A stretch of DNA of 64,000 bases from Neophaeotheca triangularis. Taxonomy: Eukaryota. The translations under genes and the position numbers were made by a program. The notes under the pieces are model-generated. The model ran no database searches, had not been told where the DNA came from, and was given only the letters and a program-made list of their open reading frames with translations. The stretch spans positions 62,001 through 126,000 of the forward strand of contig BAAIJX010000001.1 of the NCBI GenBank assembly GCA_054600435.1, written 5' to 3'. Shown in pieces: positions 1 through 12,472 of this stretch (its first letter is position 1; each line of letters starts with the position of its first letter).

Positions 1-200
1 CCACAAGAAAATGTCTCTAGCCAACATAATCATACAAAAGGGGCGCTGATGAACACCACCAGATACAACGAGTCCTCGCAGCCCGCAAACCTCGCAGGCC
101 AACCAACCCAATCGCAACCACATGACCCTCTTTAGACCGACCCAAAACGCCATCGCTAAAGAAGACTATCACATCCCACAGACCTCAGAACCCGCGCACC

Positions 201-2670
201 TCAAGAATCAACCCCTTCGTTCTCCTCAACCAGATCCAAAGCCACCACCCAGCCACCACCAAACCCCACGGCTTCATCCCCCCGCAACGCAATGTTAACT
301 CCGACATCCGCGAGTGAGACATCCCACTTCTCGCCGGCCTTGACAGCCTCTAGCAGCCCAGCGACGGGAGTGCCAAAACCCAGAACACGCTCTGGTCGTA
401 CGGCTAAAGGCTCGCCTTCGACGAGCGTGGAAGTGCCGTCCAGGCCCGAAACGCCCGTGGGGCAGGAGAGCGAGAGCACGGGCGCGCGTGAGCGGTTGGC
501 CCAGTCAATGATGCTGCGGGCTTCGGTGTGGAGAGCGGGATCGAGGTTTTCGTAGGGCTCGCCGGCTAAGAGCGCGTCAATGATGACGGCGGGCGGGCCT
601 GAAAGTGACTTGATGTAGTTGTTTGCTTTTGTCCAGTTGCCTCTTTTGATGGGTCTGCCGGAGCGGGCGAGCTTCTTGACCGTTGAGAGTTGTTTGGCGA
701 GTTGGGTGGGTTGGCCGTCCAGAGAGCGGTAGCGGTCTGGGTAGCTTGCTTCCGCAAGTATGATGCGCGCGTCGCGATTGACGAGATGCCGCACTGCTGC
801 TACTGCTCGTGCGCCGGTTGCGTGGTTGCCTACGAGTATTACGACGACGGGCTCGGTGTTCAGTGCGCGTGATGTGGACATGCTCGCTCGGCCTCCTGTG
901 GCGGCTACACGGGAGGCCCGGCGGCTCGTGCTGGAAGGAAGGGCCTCGGACATTGACAGAGCGAGCTCGGCGATGTTGCGGGCGGCCGTTTCAGTCATCG
1001 CGTCGGGGGTCAGACCGTAGCGAGATGTCGTCCCCATTTCGAGTGTTTCCAACGCAGTCGGGTGGAGGACTGGACAGGGTGCGCCTGTGTTGCGGACGAT
1101 GAAATGTGGCTCGCTTGGCTCTGTACCCGGTGCGTAGTCGTCAAAAGGTTTTCGAGAACGCGAGATGGCTGACCTAGGTGATTGCTTCCGGCCTTGGTGT
1201 GAAGCTGTGGCAATGCCTGGCAGTGGCTTTCCTCCCTTACTCACTAGAGAAGTAGCTGAGCCATTGGTTGCGCGTTGAGAAGAGAGCGATGCAGCGAGAG
1301 GATGCTGTCTGCCATCAGCAAGTAGGCTGTTTTGCCGGCTTGGCCGTTTCTTCGACGCAGGGGCACGGGTCGTGGAATGCCTAGAAGATGAGCGTCCCGT
1401 CGGGAAGTTGACTTCAGTATCGGCCTCGCTGCTGCTACCATCGAGCTCGTTGCTGTGGTACTTGGGTGCAAGCTTCGGACTGAGCACGTTCTCTGTGGGA
1501 TGAAGGTTCTTGCCGCCATACGTCCCTGGGCGAGCGGCGAGCTTATTGTGACTGACCAGTCGATCCTCATCGGCTGTGGTATCCCCCTGACGGATTTCAT
1601 CGAAGACGCCTTTCTTATCAAAGAGTTTGTGGTTGGCTTCAAAGTCGAAGTCTCCCAGGTCTTGAATGTCAGTCGCGTCTTCCGTAGCCCAGCCATTATT
1701 GTACACCTCCCGCTGCTCTCTCCCGGTCTTGCCGTGTTTCTTGTTGCCACGGCCACTTTGCGGCGACGGCTGCAGCAATGGCGTCGAGCGCCAGCCTTTA
1801 CCCTTGCGCGCACCAGCATTGCCGTTCACATTCATGTTCACAGCGTCGTTCATATCATGCCCATTTCTCGAGACCTCTGCATCGATTACCGTTCTCGGTG
1901 GTTGCTGCTCTTGCGTTGTTTTGGCAGGGGTCTTCGCTCCACCCTTCTTCAAGCCTCTGCGCACCTTCTTCTTCGAGCTCTGGCTCTCCTGGACGCCATC
2001 TTGGTGGCCCAACGAGGGTGCAGTGTCAGTCGGAGGCTGAGTCGATAGCTCAGCGGGCTTTTGCGGTTGTGCGGCAGCGTAATTAGACAGCGTAGGGGCT
2101 CCGACGAAAGGCGAGGAGGTTGTTGGTAGCGACTCGGTGGCATTCGCAAGCCTAGATTTGATCGGCGTGATGGGCGCCGCTGGCGGTGCAGTTGGCGGCT
2201 GAGAGATGGGCTCTGTTTGCGCAGGTGATTTGGCGTAGCTCAGGATGGCCGGGTCAACGAAGTGGGGTGTCTGGCGAGCAGCGGTAGGAGTGCCAGAAGC
2301 TACTGGCGCGGCGGGAAACTCTGGTTGAGCTGCGGGAGCCTGAGGAGGCGCATGTGCTGGCATGATGGCTGTCGCCTGGGATTGTGAAGGTGGAGTAGGG
2401 CCAGATCCGGCGGGAGGCTCGACGATTTTCAGATCGGCCAGGGCACTCCCCTGCACCATCCATTGCTCCCATCTCGCGCCAGTCGCTGGGAAGTAGACTG
2501 TGTTCGCGTTAGCATCCTCCCACAAGTATGCGCGTCGAATCAAAGGGGCTCTTACCATCACGCAGCGACAGATGCTGTCCGGCTACGACCTCTTGAACCG
2601 TCCCAGTGAAGGTGGTGTTCGAGGGGTGTTTGAGCGTAACCTCCACGGTAGAGCCGACGTACATGCTCAT
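201..2670 (-). CDS. EDC3: Enhancer of mRNA decapping Edc3 (LSm-like N-terminus, FDF/DFDF motif, YjeF_N domain); exons 2670-2556 and 2497-201
   Basis: ATG at 2670 gives MSMYVGSTVEVTLKHP...; intron 2555-2498 (GTAAG...GCTAAC...CAG) joins in frame to VYFPATG; motifs WATEDATDIQDLGDFDFEANHKLFDK, RLVSHNK and C-terminal YjeF-like IIDALL...DWANRSRAPVLS. Confidence 0.93.
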
Positions 2671-3581
2671 GGCGCCGAGCGTGCTCTATAGGTAGGTATC
2701 GTACGCTGCGAGTGTACCGGTCAAGTTCGAGCGGAAAGGATGACTTGCGGTCAGGGAGCATATGATATACAATGGACGAGGTCGCGTGGAGGTGTTTATG
2801 AAATTGTAGTCAAGCTCCAGGCGTACGCTCTTATCGATAAGCTTTGTCAACCAAGCAATGACGATTCTTGAAAGGAAAACAGCCCTAGGTACCTTACCTG
2901 TACCTTAGGTTGACGGCAAGTTGCATTTACGGCAGGGCACATTGCAGACGCACTCATCCTATCCAAGACACCCAATGTATGTAGGTGATAATGTCATCTT
3001 TGTAGCCGACCCTGTCGCAAGAAGCAAGACTAGTTTTCATATAAAGAGCAGTTAAGGGGGAAATATTCAATTTTGAACGTTTCATTGGCGATCTATTAAC
3101 ACTACAATGGAAACGCTAACCGGCAAACATTTGCTAGCCAATCTTGTTTTGCCATGCAGCATGAACGACCTCCTTTAGAGGTTGAGCGCTGCGGCAAAGC
3201 AAGTAGCCGTGCTATTAGTCCCTCGAACCATAGCGTTGGGTACAAGGGACAATGGGGGTTGTGGTTTTCCGGAGGGTTTTGCGGCGTCGAAGGGGTCCAT
3301 ACGGGGGTATCGGGCGGGTCGTGGTGCTGGTATAAGGGCATGGGTTCGTACGGGACGTGAGAGCAGTTGTGGGATGGTGACTCGTGCTGGATGAATGCTC
3401 GCCGATGGGTAGGTGTTGAGGACGTTGGTGGGGATGGCTGGCCGGCCTCACTCGCCTTTTGGTCTTTTGTCGGATGGCCGCCGATTTCCAGAACCTCCAC
3501 CTCCTCCTCTTTGAAATAACGTATGCGTTTTGCATGGAAGAACTATTCCCCCTTGGAGAAAAGCATACATGCCATGACCGC

Positions 3582-5361
3582 TTACATGTCCATACTATCA
3601 CCACCGTTGGCGAAGTTGAAGTTTTGCTGCTCCTGCTGAGCACCGAAACCAAACTGTCCATTGGGTGCGCCTTGTGCTAGCTGATCCACGTCTTCACCGC
3701 CCTCGTCGTCGCTGAAGTACTTCTCGATGATGTTGTATGCCTTCATGTAGATCTCCTCGTTGCTGTTGTTCTGGCAGTCGTGGATCTTGAGCATACCGCC
3801 GCACTCCTCGATGAACAAAGCGAAGCGGTTGACGGGCGGCTCACCACTGCCCTCGGCTGCCTCCTTGTCCATGTCGCCAACCTTCAGGATGTTCTCAAGG
3901 CCATCCAGGGCAACTTGGATGATCTTGTTGTCGGGGCACGAAAGGAGATCGCAAAGCGGGCGGATCGCGCTGTTCTGGACAAGGTAGCGGATCTGGTCTG
4001 GTTTTTGAAGCCCGCCGCTAGTCGCATTGGAGATGGCCCAGCAGGCTTCTTTCCTTGTCTTGAAGTCGCCGTTTGAGAGCAGCTGGATGAGAGGAGGAAT
4101 GATGTTGGCGTCGATGACGGCTTGAATCTGTGTTTGGTTGCCGGCAGTGATGTTGGAGATTGTCCAGCAAGCTTCTTTGCGGATGCCGTCCTTGGTGGAA
4201 CTGAGCAGAGACAACAGCGCAGGCAGAGCACCACAGTTGATGATGAGTTGGGTCTGTACATCGTCACCGGTGACAATGTTGCCGACGGAACGAAGAGCCG
4301 GGGTTTGCACCGATGTGGACGCGTGCATGAGGAGCTCTACCAGACGGCGAGGGATGTTGGCTTCGATGACGGCTTGGATCTTGTCGTTGGAGCCGTCGGA
4401 GAGGTAGGAGATAGCCCAGCATGCATCAATGAGGACTTCGTCGTCGAGGGAGTAGACCAGCTTGGCGAGGACCGGGAGCGCAGGCGCAATCTGTGTATCG
4501 TCAGTAGGAATTCCTCTAACCGTTGCCGCAAACACTAAAGAATTTAAGAGCTTACCGTGTTCCAGTCGGGTTGAGGAGTCTTGCCCCTGCAGAAGTTGCT
4601 CAAAGTCCAGGTCGCGTTCCTCAACATGCTGAGCTTGCGGCTGTCGCCAAGCAAGCTGACGAGAGGACCCAACGCACCGCAACCAAGCACAAAGTCCCTG
4701 CAGTTTGGGCTGTCACCAGCAATGTTGCCGAGAGCCCAAACAGCTTGCTCTCTGACATCTGGCTCTGGGCTGCGAAGAAGCTCGACGAAGATGGGCACGG
4801 CACCGGCCTCGATAACCACCTGTGTCTGCTGGGCGGAGCCAGAGGCGATGTTGGTGAGGGCCCAGGCAGCTTCGAACTGAACAAGGGTGTGAGGGGAGCG
4901 CAGGAACTCGACGAAGCGGCCAACGACGCCAGTCTCGATGACGCGCTCGATAGGCGGGTTGCGCTCCTTAGAGAGAAGCTTGCGGAACTTGGTGGTTGAG
5001 GCGATTTGATCTTCAATCTTGTCCGAGAAAACGCCTTGCACCATGATAGGGAGGTCCTCGTTGAGCTGGACATATTGTCAGCGACTGTGTGATAGCGGTG
5101 CATATTGCTGCATATCCATCTTACCTGGCTCTCCGTGTTCAAGCCTTCATCGTCGCTGTCAGGCGCAGCCCCAAGTGAAGCTCCAGGCGCACCATCACCA
5201 CGGTTGCCAATGCCACGCCTCTTCGCAAGGTTCTCTTCACGCTTCTGCTTGCGGATCTCGACCTGCTGCTCCTCGCGGCGACGGCGCAGCTCGTCAGGCT
5301 TGAAGGTGTTTTTCGCCTTGAATGTAGTGCGGCGGTGCTCGGGAATGTATCTGTCCGCCAT
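3582..5361 (-). CDS. SRP1: Importin subunit alpha (karyopherin alpha); introns 5124-5066 and 4555-4491
   Basis: IBB domain ([26 protein letters not shown]), ARM repeats ([39 protein letters not shown]); both introns GTAAG...CAG restore frame. Confidence 0.97.
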
Positions 5362-5653
5362 TCTTGCTCACGTACTGCCTCGTCGGCTAGGTAGACTTGG
5401 CTCTTGCTAGTGTCACCGAAGTAACGGAGGGAGAAAAGTATGGAGTATGTGGGTAGAGTTCGTTGCGGGTGAAAAAGTTCTCGAGAGAAATGTTCGACGG
5501 TGCCGGTTGCAGGTGAAGGTAAGGGTGCGAGGGTGACGTTCAAGCAAAACACAGGCTGCTTACGCTAAAGACTAATTCGGCCCTCGCTTGCCTAGCCCCA
5601 CATGTCTGCCTTAGGCAGGTACGATTCCACTTTTGGCTCGTGACGCTTTTCAG

Positions 5654-5685
5654 ACGCGTCGCAAATCAATCAACCTTGGCGCGTC
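5654..5685. promoter_or_regulatory. MCB-like (ACGCGT/CGCG) sites in the importin-alpha/POT1 divergent promoter
   Basis: ACGCGT at 5654-5659 and GGCGCGTC at 5678-5685 upstream of POT1. Confidence 0.4.
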
Positions 5686-5997
5686 TGTCGAGTATGCCCA
5701 GGTGGAAATACCTTACTTGTCTGTATTGTTCAGGCATCGACACCAGTTGGAAATGCAGTGACGGGATTTACAACTAAGCGCACTTCACTCCCCTTCCACG
5801 ACAGTCTGGACTGGACCACATGTGACGAATAATAGCCCGTGAGCGGAAACAAGAGCGGAAGCAGCGCACATCATCAGCGGTCCCACGCCGCGCCATATAA
5901 GGTACCCATCCATCTTCACCACGGCTGGCCACTTCCTGTTCCGACATCATTTCCGGGCTATTCACACGAATCCTCTTCGGCTGGATTGTTCTCAGTC

Positions 5998-7929
5998 ATG
6001 GCAGCGCCAAAATTGCCCGCGGATTTTACGGACCTTGCGACCGCCTACAAGACTCCGCCAGGTACCCTGGTCAACGTAATTGGATATGTGGTGTATTATT
6101 GGCCTCCAAAAATCGCTCAGAAAACTGGACAACACCAGATGTTGTTTGGAATGCAGGATCGGAGCCTGCTTGATTCTGCTTTGCGCGTTACAGCCTTGGA
6201 TGCAAAGTTCTTCGTTCGAGCTGAAGATCAGTTGCCCAATATAACGGGCACCGGGGACATCGTTTTGTTACGATCAATTAAGGTCAACCCACGCAGCTGG
6301 GGTGGCAGGCCCAGTCTTTTGTCGAGTCAAGACACCGTGGCAATCGTATTTCCCGGAAACACCATACCGGACCCCTCGTGGTCACTACGCTACCAGCAAG
6401 GCAATGAGGACGTTCCTCATCGTGCGACCTCGCATCATGTCAGCAGCATGCGCAAACCCAGTGTCGCGGAGCAGATGTACGCGATCAAACTGAACGACGC
6501 AATTAAACCATCGGACCTTGAAAAGTTTGACTTTCCATCTACATCAGTCGCACCACCCAGGCCGGCACCAGCTCCACCAGCTGCACCAGCAGCATTCAGT
6601 CTTCCGAAACGTCCTGCTGTGGATCAACCCGGCCAACCTATCGCTAAGAAACAGCGTCAGGAATCGACTTTAGGACCTAAGTTCAGGACGATCTCCGAGC
6701 TTCAGGACTACAAGTTCTCAGACCTCTGCGTGGAGATTATTGACAAATACGATGTCTATGGCGACGTTGAGATAAAAGTCACCGACTACACTGAGAATAA
6801 GCAGCTTCACTACTTCGAGGATCCCGATGGCAACCTGTCAGACAAGGCCGGCAAAGAAGGCGATGAATACGGCTACAGCGACGCTCAAAGGACGAAAAGG
6901 TTTCGTGGTCCTTTTGGCCAGCTTGTGTTGTCCGTCGTTCTCAAAAACCCACACGCCGCCTTCGTCAACAGCAAAGTCAACGTTGGCGACATTGTCATGT
7001 TGAAAAACGTCAAGATCTCAGTATGGGGTAACAACCCAGTGATGAGCGGCGATATCTGGTACGACACAAAATTCCCAGATAAGGTCCTGGTCGAAATCTT
7101 GCGCCCGTCCTATGCTCCAGAGGTCGAAGCATTGCTCGAACGCAAGAGGAAGTACTGGGAAGCCAGGGCGCCCAAGGCCGAACCACCACCAAATGCTCCC
7201 AAAGGACCGAAAAATAAGAAGTCGAAGAAGGGGAAGCGGGCCCAGCAGCGACGTGAGGCTGCTGAGATGCAGGAGACTGTGGACTCCATGTCGATCGACT
7301 CCGCATTGGCGCCTAACAAATACATGCGATGCAGCAACCTGGATCAAAAAATCTCTTCGATTGCCAAGATACTCGACATCGATGGCAGGGACGAAGGCGA
7401 AGATGCAGACATGCCTGTGCTTTACCATAACCTCAAGTACCGCGCCAAAGTTAGGGTGGTCGACTTCTTCCCGAACATCGAAGAGTTTGCCGTGAGTGCC
7501 GACACCCAGGAACCTCACGATCAATCGCAATACTACGATCAGTTACTTCGCGATGAGCCTACACAATCTGCCACTGGAAATTATAGGTGGCAATTCTCGT
7601 TGCTTCTTGAAGATGCATCAGCGTCGAACCAGAAAGAGCAGATGTGGGTCAATGTGGGGCATGAAGATGCGCAGTTCTTGTTGGGGAATGATGTCGGCGA
7701 CGCTGCGGACCTTCGAGAATCCGCCCGCTTGCTGTCTCAGCTGAAGGCGCAGATGTATGTACTCTGGGGTGACTTGCAGGAGATCAAGAGCGCAGGAAAT
7801 GAAGATCAAGGACCGTCCAATCGGCCATTTGAGTGCTGCATTGCAGAGTACGGGGTCCAGGGCGAGGAGGAGGATGGAGAGCATGGTGTGGTACGAATGT
7901 ACAAGATGTTCGGCGCCACTGTCTTATGA
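5998..7929 (+). CDS. POT1: Protection of telomeres protein 1 (OB-fold telomere ssDNA-binding)
   Basis: N-terminal OB fold (VNVIGYVV...PP, KFF...QLP..TGTGDIVLLRSIKV) and second OB fold (DLCVEII...VTDYTEN..L, GPFGQLVL); ATG at 5998 preferred over upstream GTG. Confidence 0.85.
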   Translation: MAAPKLPADFTDLATAYKTPPGTLVNVIGYVVYYWPPKIAQKTGQHQMLFGMQDRSLLDSALRVTALDAKFFVRAEDQLPNITGTGDIVLLRSIKVNPRSWGGRPSLLSSQDTVAIVFPGNTIPDPSWSLRYQQGNEDVPHRATSHHVSSMRKPSVAEQMYAIKLNDAIKPSDLEKFDFPSTSVAPPRPAPAPPAAPAAFSLPKRPAVDQPGQPIAKKQRQESTLGPKFRTISELQDYKFSDLCVEIIDKYDVYGDVEIKVTDYTENKQLHYFEDPDGNLSDKAGKEGDEYGYSDAQRTKRFRGPFGQLVLSVVLKNPHAAFVNSKVNVGDIVMLKNVKISVWGNNPVMSGDIWYDTKFPDKVLVEILRPSYAPEVEALLERKRKYWEARAPKAEPPPNAPKGPKNKKSKKGKRAQQRREAAEMQETVDSMSIDSALAPNKYMRCSNLDQKISSIAKILDIDGRDEGEDADMPVLYHNLKYRAKVRVVDFFPNIEEFAVSADTQEPHDQSQYYDQLLRDEPTQSATGNYRWQFSLLLEDASASNQKEQMWVNVGHEDAQFLLGNDVGDAADLRESARLLSQLKAQMYVLWGDLQEIKSAGNEDQGPSNRPFECCIAEYGVQGEEEDGEHGVVRMYKMFGATVL

Positions 7930-8842
7930 TATGTTTGCTGCGATACGGTGCATGGGGCGTTTGAAGCGTTTGGGAGATACCCCTTTTCAGGATTCACAAC
8001 GACGGCAGGGATGCCGTTTCTAATGTTGGCGTAGTGATAGCTCCGCCTCGGGTGATGGAGAGAAAGACGTATAATTCCAAAATGAGACAGATGGTTACCG
8101 ACTGTGCAAAAGCTTGAGCCGTCGCTGCCAATTGAGGACTTTCGATGTCAGCCACAGCGGGAGATTGATTGCCGCCAAGAAATGTCCTGCGACTTCACCT
8201 CACTACACGCTTCATAACACAGCTCATACGAACGGAGCTTTATTACTTCACTGAGCGTGTTGTTGACAAGTGAGTGTGGACGTGTACGCGTTATCTGCGA
8301 ATACAAACAAGTCACTGACACGCCATTGCAAGGGGGTCTCGACCGCGTCTCTCCATACACGCGGCGTCTCCTACCTCACAACAACGAGCGCAGAAAGCCA
8401 TACAGACCCTGAAATCACCAAGAAGTATCCGCCTACCGCTATAGCGGTCGTCATATATCCAGTCTTGCAATGTACTAACCATTGGTGCCTCGAGAACAGA
8501 TCACGAACGATAGTCGGTGCAATCATCTTAATTGTTGCCTGGTCCCTACTGTCACTCCTCGCTTCATATCCAGGAGGCATAACCCTCAGTATTCAATCAG
8601 TGCGCCACACCGTTCACCGGGGGTGCCTCTTCCGTTAGGTAAGCACGCCGTCGTAGGCACCTACAAATTCTTCTCCTCACGCCGACACCTTCTAGTTCCT
8701 TTCCTCCACATCGACACCCTCCATTACCTACTCTGCACTGCTACTTTGACATTTGCTGCATACTTTCAAGTATTGTACATCACCAACACATCGTAGCGCG
8801 TCGCTCTAGGCTCTAAGCGAACGCGCCAGTCCGAACGCAACA

Positions 8843-10779
8843 ATGGTGAAGTTCAACATCCCCGACACGGACTTGGCCTACCCTCTCTCCAAAAGGGGGG
8901 GCGAGTCTGCAGCTTTGCCTCCATCCAAGAGACAGAAGCTCTCCAAGAACGCGTCGACCGGCAGATACATTATCAGCCCGCAGTTGCCTCACCGAGTGCA
9001 CCGTAGCATCAGTCACTTTTCGAAAAAAGCGCCCATCTACCGCCAGGATTTCCCCTTCCTCAGGCTTTCCGGCGAGATCCGCAATAAGGTGTACAGCCAC
9101 TGCTTTTCTCTCAACGGCATCAAGACTTACTTCGAACGCTACTACAACACCATCCGCTACTACCACACTCCCCACAAGATGAAGATCCCCAGCCTGAAGA
9201 GCTCCACACCCACGGTCCTCCTCATCAACAAGAAGATCACGCGCGAGGCGCAGCGCTTCTTGTACTCACAGGGCATCGTTTTTGACCATGGCATCTTCAA
9301 GATCAGCGAGTGGGGCCTCAATGCCGTAGTCTCGCTCAAGCTGCTCCAGAACATTTCTACCGTCACCGTCACCGACTCTGGACACAACTTCATGGAGAAA
9401 AGGATTGCGAACCCGAGCTGGGACGGGACTATCACCCTCCTTCGCATCCTCTCGGCCGTCTTCACCTTCGAGCACAATCTCACCAGCTTGACAATCGCCT
9501 TCAAGAACCCCAACCTCACTCGCCACTTGGACCATTGCTGGAAGGGCAACTGGGTCTGTGGCTTCCGTGACGGTATCAAGAAGGAAATGCTAGCGTTCCG
9601 CAAGGTCCACAACGTCCGCAACGTCACCCTGGAGGGCTTCTCGAAAGCTTGGGCGGCGGATCTTACCATGTGCATGCAGTCTCCGCCTGTCGGCTTTCTC
9701 GACCTTCCAGTCAAGATCCGCAATCGCATTTATGGCTTGGCTCTCAATCGCTCGGGTGATGTCGACCATGCCCTCTTGAACGATATCGACTACGCCACCA
9801 AGCCTTGGTTGGAGTGGGACTTCCAGCCGCCATACTTGAGGCTGAACACTCCTACCGTCCTTCTGATGAACAAGCAGACGTCCAAGGAGGCATCCGAGAT
9901 CTTGGCTCAGCAGCCCTTGCGCATCGTCATGCATGGCGTTGCCGACACGTGGAGACAGGTGAACTTGGTCAAGATGCCCAAGCTCACGGACTTCATCACG
10001 CCGACCACCTTGCGCAATGTCCGCCACCTAGAGCTTGACCTCGACGATGGTAACTGGGCATTTGTGATGCAGGAGTTCCTAGCTGCTTTCGACGCCCTCA
10101 CCAAGCCTGAGGACATCCTTGTTGTCCAGGACGATGCGTCTTCGCCCAGCAACTGCGCCTATAGCGGTGAGAGCAAGGACGACTGCTACTGCAAGGATTG
10201 CTACTACTCCCTGCCCTGTGATGACGAGGGGTACGATGACGAGTCCGACTCCCGCTCAGACATTTCCATGTACGACGCTGACTATAACAGTGATAATGAG
10301 ATCTCCAGCTCCGCAGAAGCCCATGGAATGATGCGCGACCCAGTCTTCGAAGGTTTCGACGACCCCACCATCTATGCCTTCCCACCGGCGCTTCAGACCC
10401 TCAAGATCACCATCTCCGGCAAGCCTATGGGTGTCCTCCGTTACGACACCGAAGGCAAGCGACAGGACCTCTTCGGCAGCCACTTGGTCCGCATGCGCAA
10501 CCTCAAGAGTGTCACATTTGACGGTGTCATGCCTTTCGACTACTGCAGCGAGTTGATCCCAGTCATGACGGGCTCGTCTGTGGAGCGCATCTCATGGGAT
10601 GTCAGCGAAGAAGGTTCGTCGTTCGATTACGGCGATTGCGCAATGTCCGATGACTAACATACTCACCCGCTGATCAAGAAGACGACACTATCGTGCTCGC
10701 CAAAAAGGCCGGCACGCAAGCCGCCATGAACATGGTGCGAATGAAGTGCTCGGAGTCTCTCACAGCGCTTACTTGCTGA
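8843..10779 (+). CDS. Hypothetical protein with two F-box-like (L..LP.EIRN.IY) modules and an acidic/Cys patch; probable last intron 10614-10678
   Basis: 604-codon ORF with strong C-ending codon bias and ACAATG start; GTTCGT...GACTAAC...AAG intron would extend the C-terminus to TGA at 10777-10779. Confidence 0.7.
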
Positions 10780-11030
10780 AACCCAGCGGTTCGAAACTTG
10801 CGTCTTTTGCCATTAGCACTGCGGGTCTACCTCCATTGACCTTTGCGCTTTCCACCGGCTTTTGCTTTGCTTTCTTCCTTTACTACGGCTTTGTGTTACA
10901 ATGCGACACGACACGAGAACTTCGGCTACTTTTCAAGACTCACCGTCGGTACCCGAGCACTCGCCACAGCAGCATGCGGCATGATTCTTGCTATTTCGAC
11001 ACGATACCAGTACTGCGTGCTTTCCACGAG

Positions 11031-11170
11031 ATTTTGCTTTTCCCAACGGCCTTGCTTGCGATTCGACATTTCGCGACGGAGTTCAGCATACTACTTTTAC
11101 CGACGGCCTTGCTAGTGACGCGAAAAATTCCGGCGACTTCTAGTCCCAGCATCTTGCTTCTTCCACGACT
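11031..11170. repeat. Degenerate ~60-nt tandem repeat (about 2.3 units)
   Basis: Repeated ...TTTT.CC.ACGGCCTTGCT.G.GA..CGA.A..T...GCGAC...CAGCAT units. Confidence 0.6.
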
Positions 11171-11285
11171 CAGCGAGCGGTGCATGTTTTCAACTCTACC
11201 TTTTCGACAACTCCAACCCTCAGCAACCCCCAGCGATAGCGTTTCGACGTTTCCTACCGTGGGGTTTTGAGCAACAGGGGGAACG

Positions 11286-11716
11286 GAGAGAGAGAGAGAG
11301 AGACACCATTTGATTTGCGGTTTTCTCTTTTAGTTAGTCAGTTCTACCTACACCAAGAATGAAATTACTTTTTCACCACCTGCGCGTTCCCTTTTTCCTA
11401 ATGGTGAGGTGTCTCGAACCTCTCTTCGCTCTCTGTGCTTCCGATCAGAGGCCTGAAGTCTGCAGTCTGCAGTCCGTGGACTTGTAGACATGCTCAGGCA
11501 CACTTACTCAGCAACCATCCCACCGCTACCGACCTTTTCCTCTCCCCCCCAAATTCTCTGCCCCGGCTACACCAGTGAGCATGCCAACCCGGGCAGCAAT
11601 CCCAGCTTACATACACACCCCCATGTCCCCTGAACTCACCAGCAACCCCCGAGATACCCAAACCGGCGGGAACACCCTGCCGCTCTTCCCAAGGCTCTCT
11701 CTCTCTCTCTCTCTCT
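11286..11716. repeat. (GA)n at 11286-11303 and (CT)n at 11695-11716 microsatellites
   Basis: Direct reading. Confidence 0.9.
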
Positions 11717-12472
11717 CCCGTGGCCTCCAACCCAGTCCGTTCTCCGGTATTAGTTTAACGTGTAGTGCGCTCAACACCATCATCACCATATCCCCCAACA
11801 CCAAAGATGCTAGAAGCGTACTATAGTTTATGCTCCAGGCTAGAGCCGGGCCACTAGACATTATGTAGCTTGAGAGCTCCGCTGCGAGGGCTTGGGGAGG
11901 CTACAAAACTTGCTGCCTTTCGTTACATGAAGAGAGCAGGCAGCGGGGTGCGTTAGTAAGGCGAAGTGGGAGCGGGGAAAGGCGGCAAGGCAATAAGCAG
12001 TATGAGTGATTAAGCACAAAGGTAGAAGACGTGGAGCAGTCTACACCCTAGCTACGTACGGAGGTGGTAGATAGCCTAGCTACTAGCTACTAGCTCCAGG
12101 CTCAAGCTGACTGAAGTTTCCGTTACCTTCAACCTGACCGCCCGACCGATCTTGTTTTGTTTCTCTCGCGCTCCCTTCCCCTTCAAAACACGCAAAGTAT
12201 AGAGAAGGAGATGGGTATCAAAGCCGTTTATCTCCTCCCGCTAGCAAGGCAAGCAAGGCAAGCAAAGCATCGCCAGTAGCAAAGTAGCAGCAAGAATCCA
12301 GTAAGCAAGCAGCATGCACCGTCGAATGTGTACAGAGCACTGCCATACCCCTTCTCCCGTCTGTTCATCAATTAAACCACTTGTCTGCCTGTGTTCAACA
12401 CACCTTCCTCCGCTTACAAAACCTTCCACTGCCGACAGTTTCCGCCTCTGCATAGCAGTGCACTCCAGGCTT

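Noticed and set aside
5839..5997. GTG-initiated N-terminal extension of POT1
   Set aside because: Contains a TATA-like ATATAA near 5894 and no recognisable protein features; ATG 5998 precedes the OB fold directly
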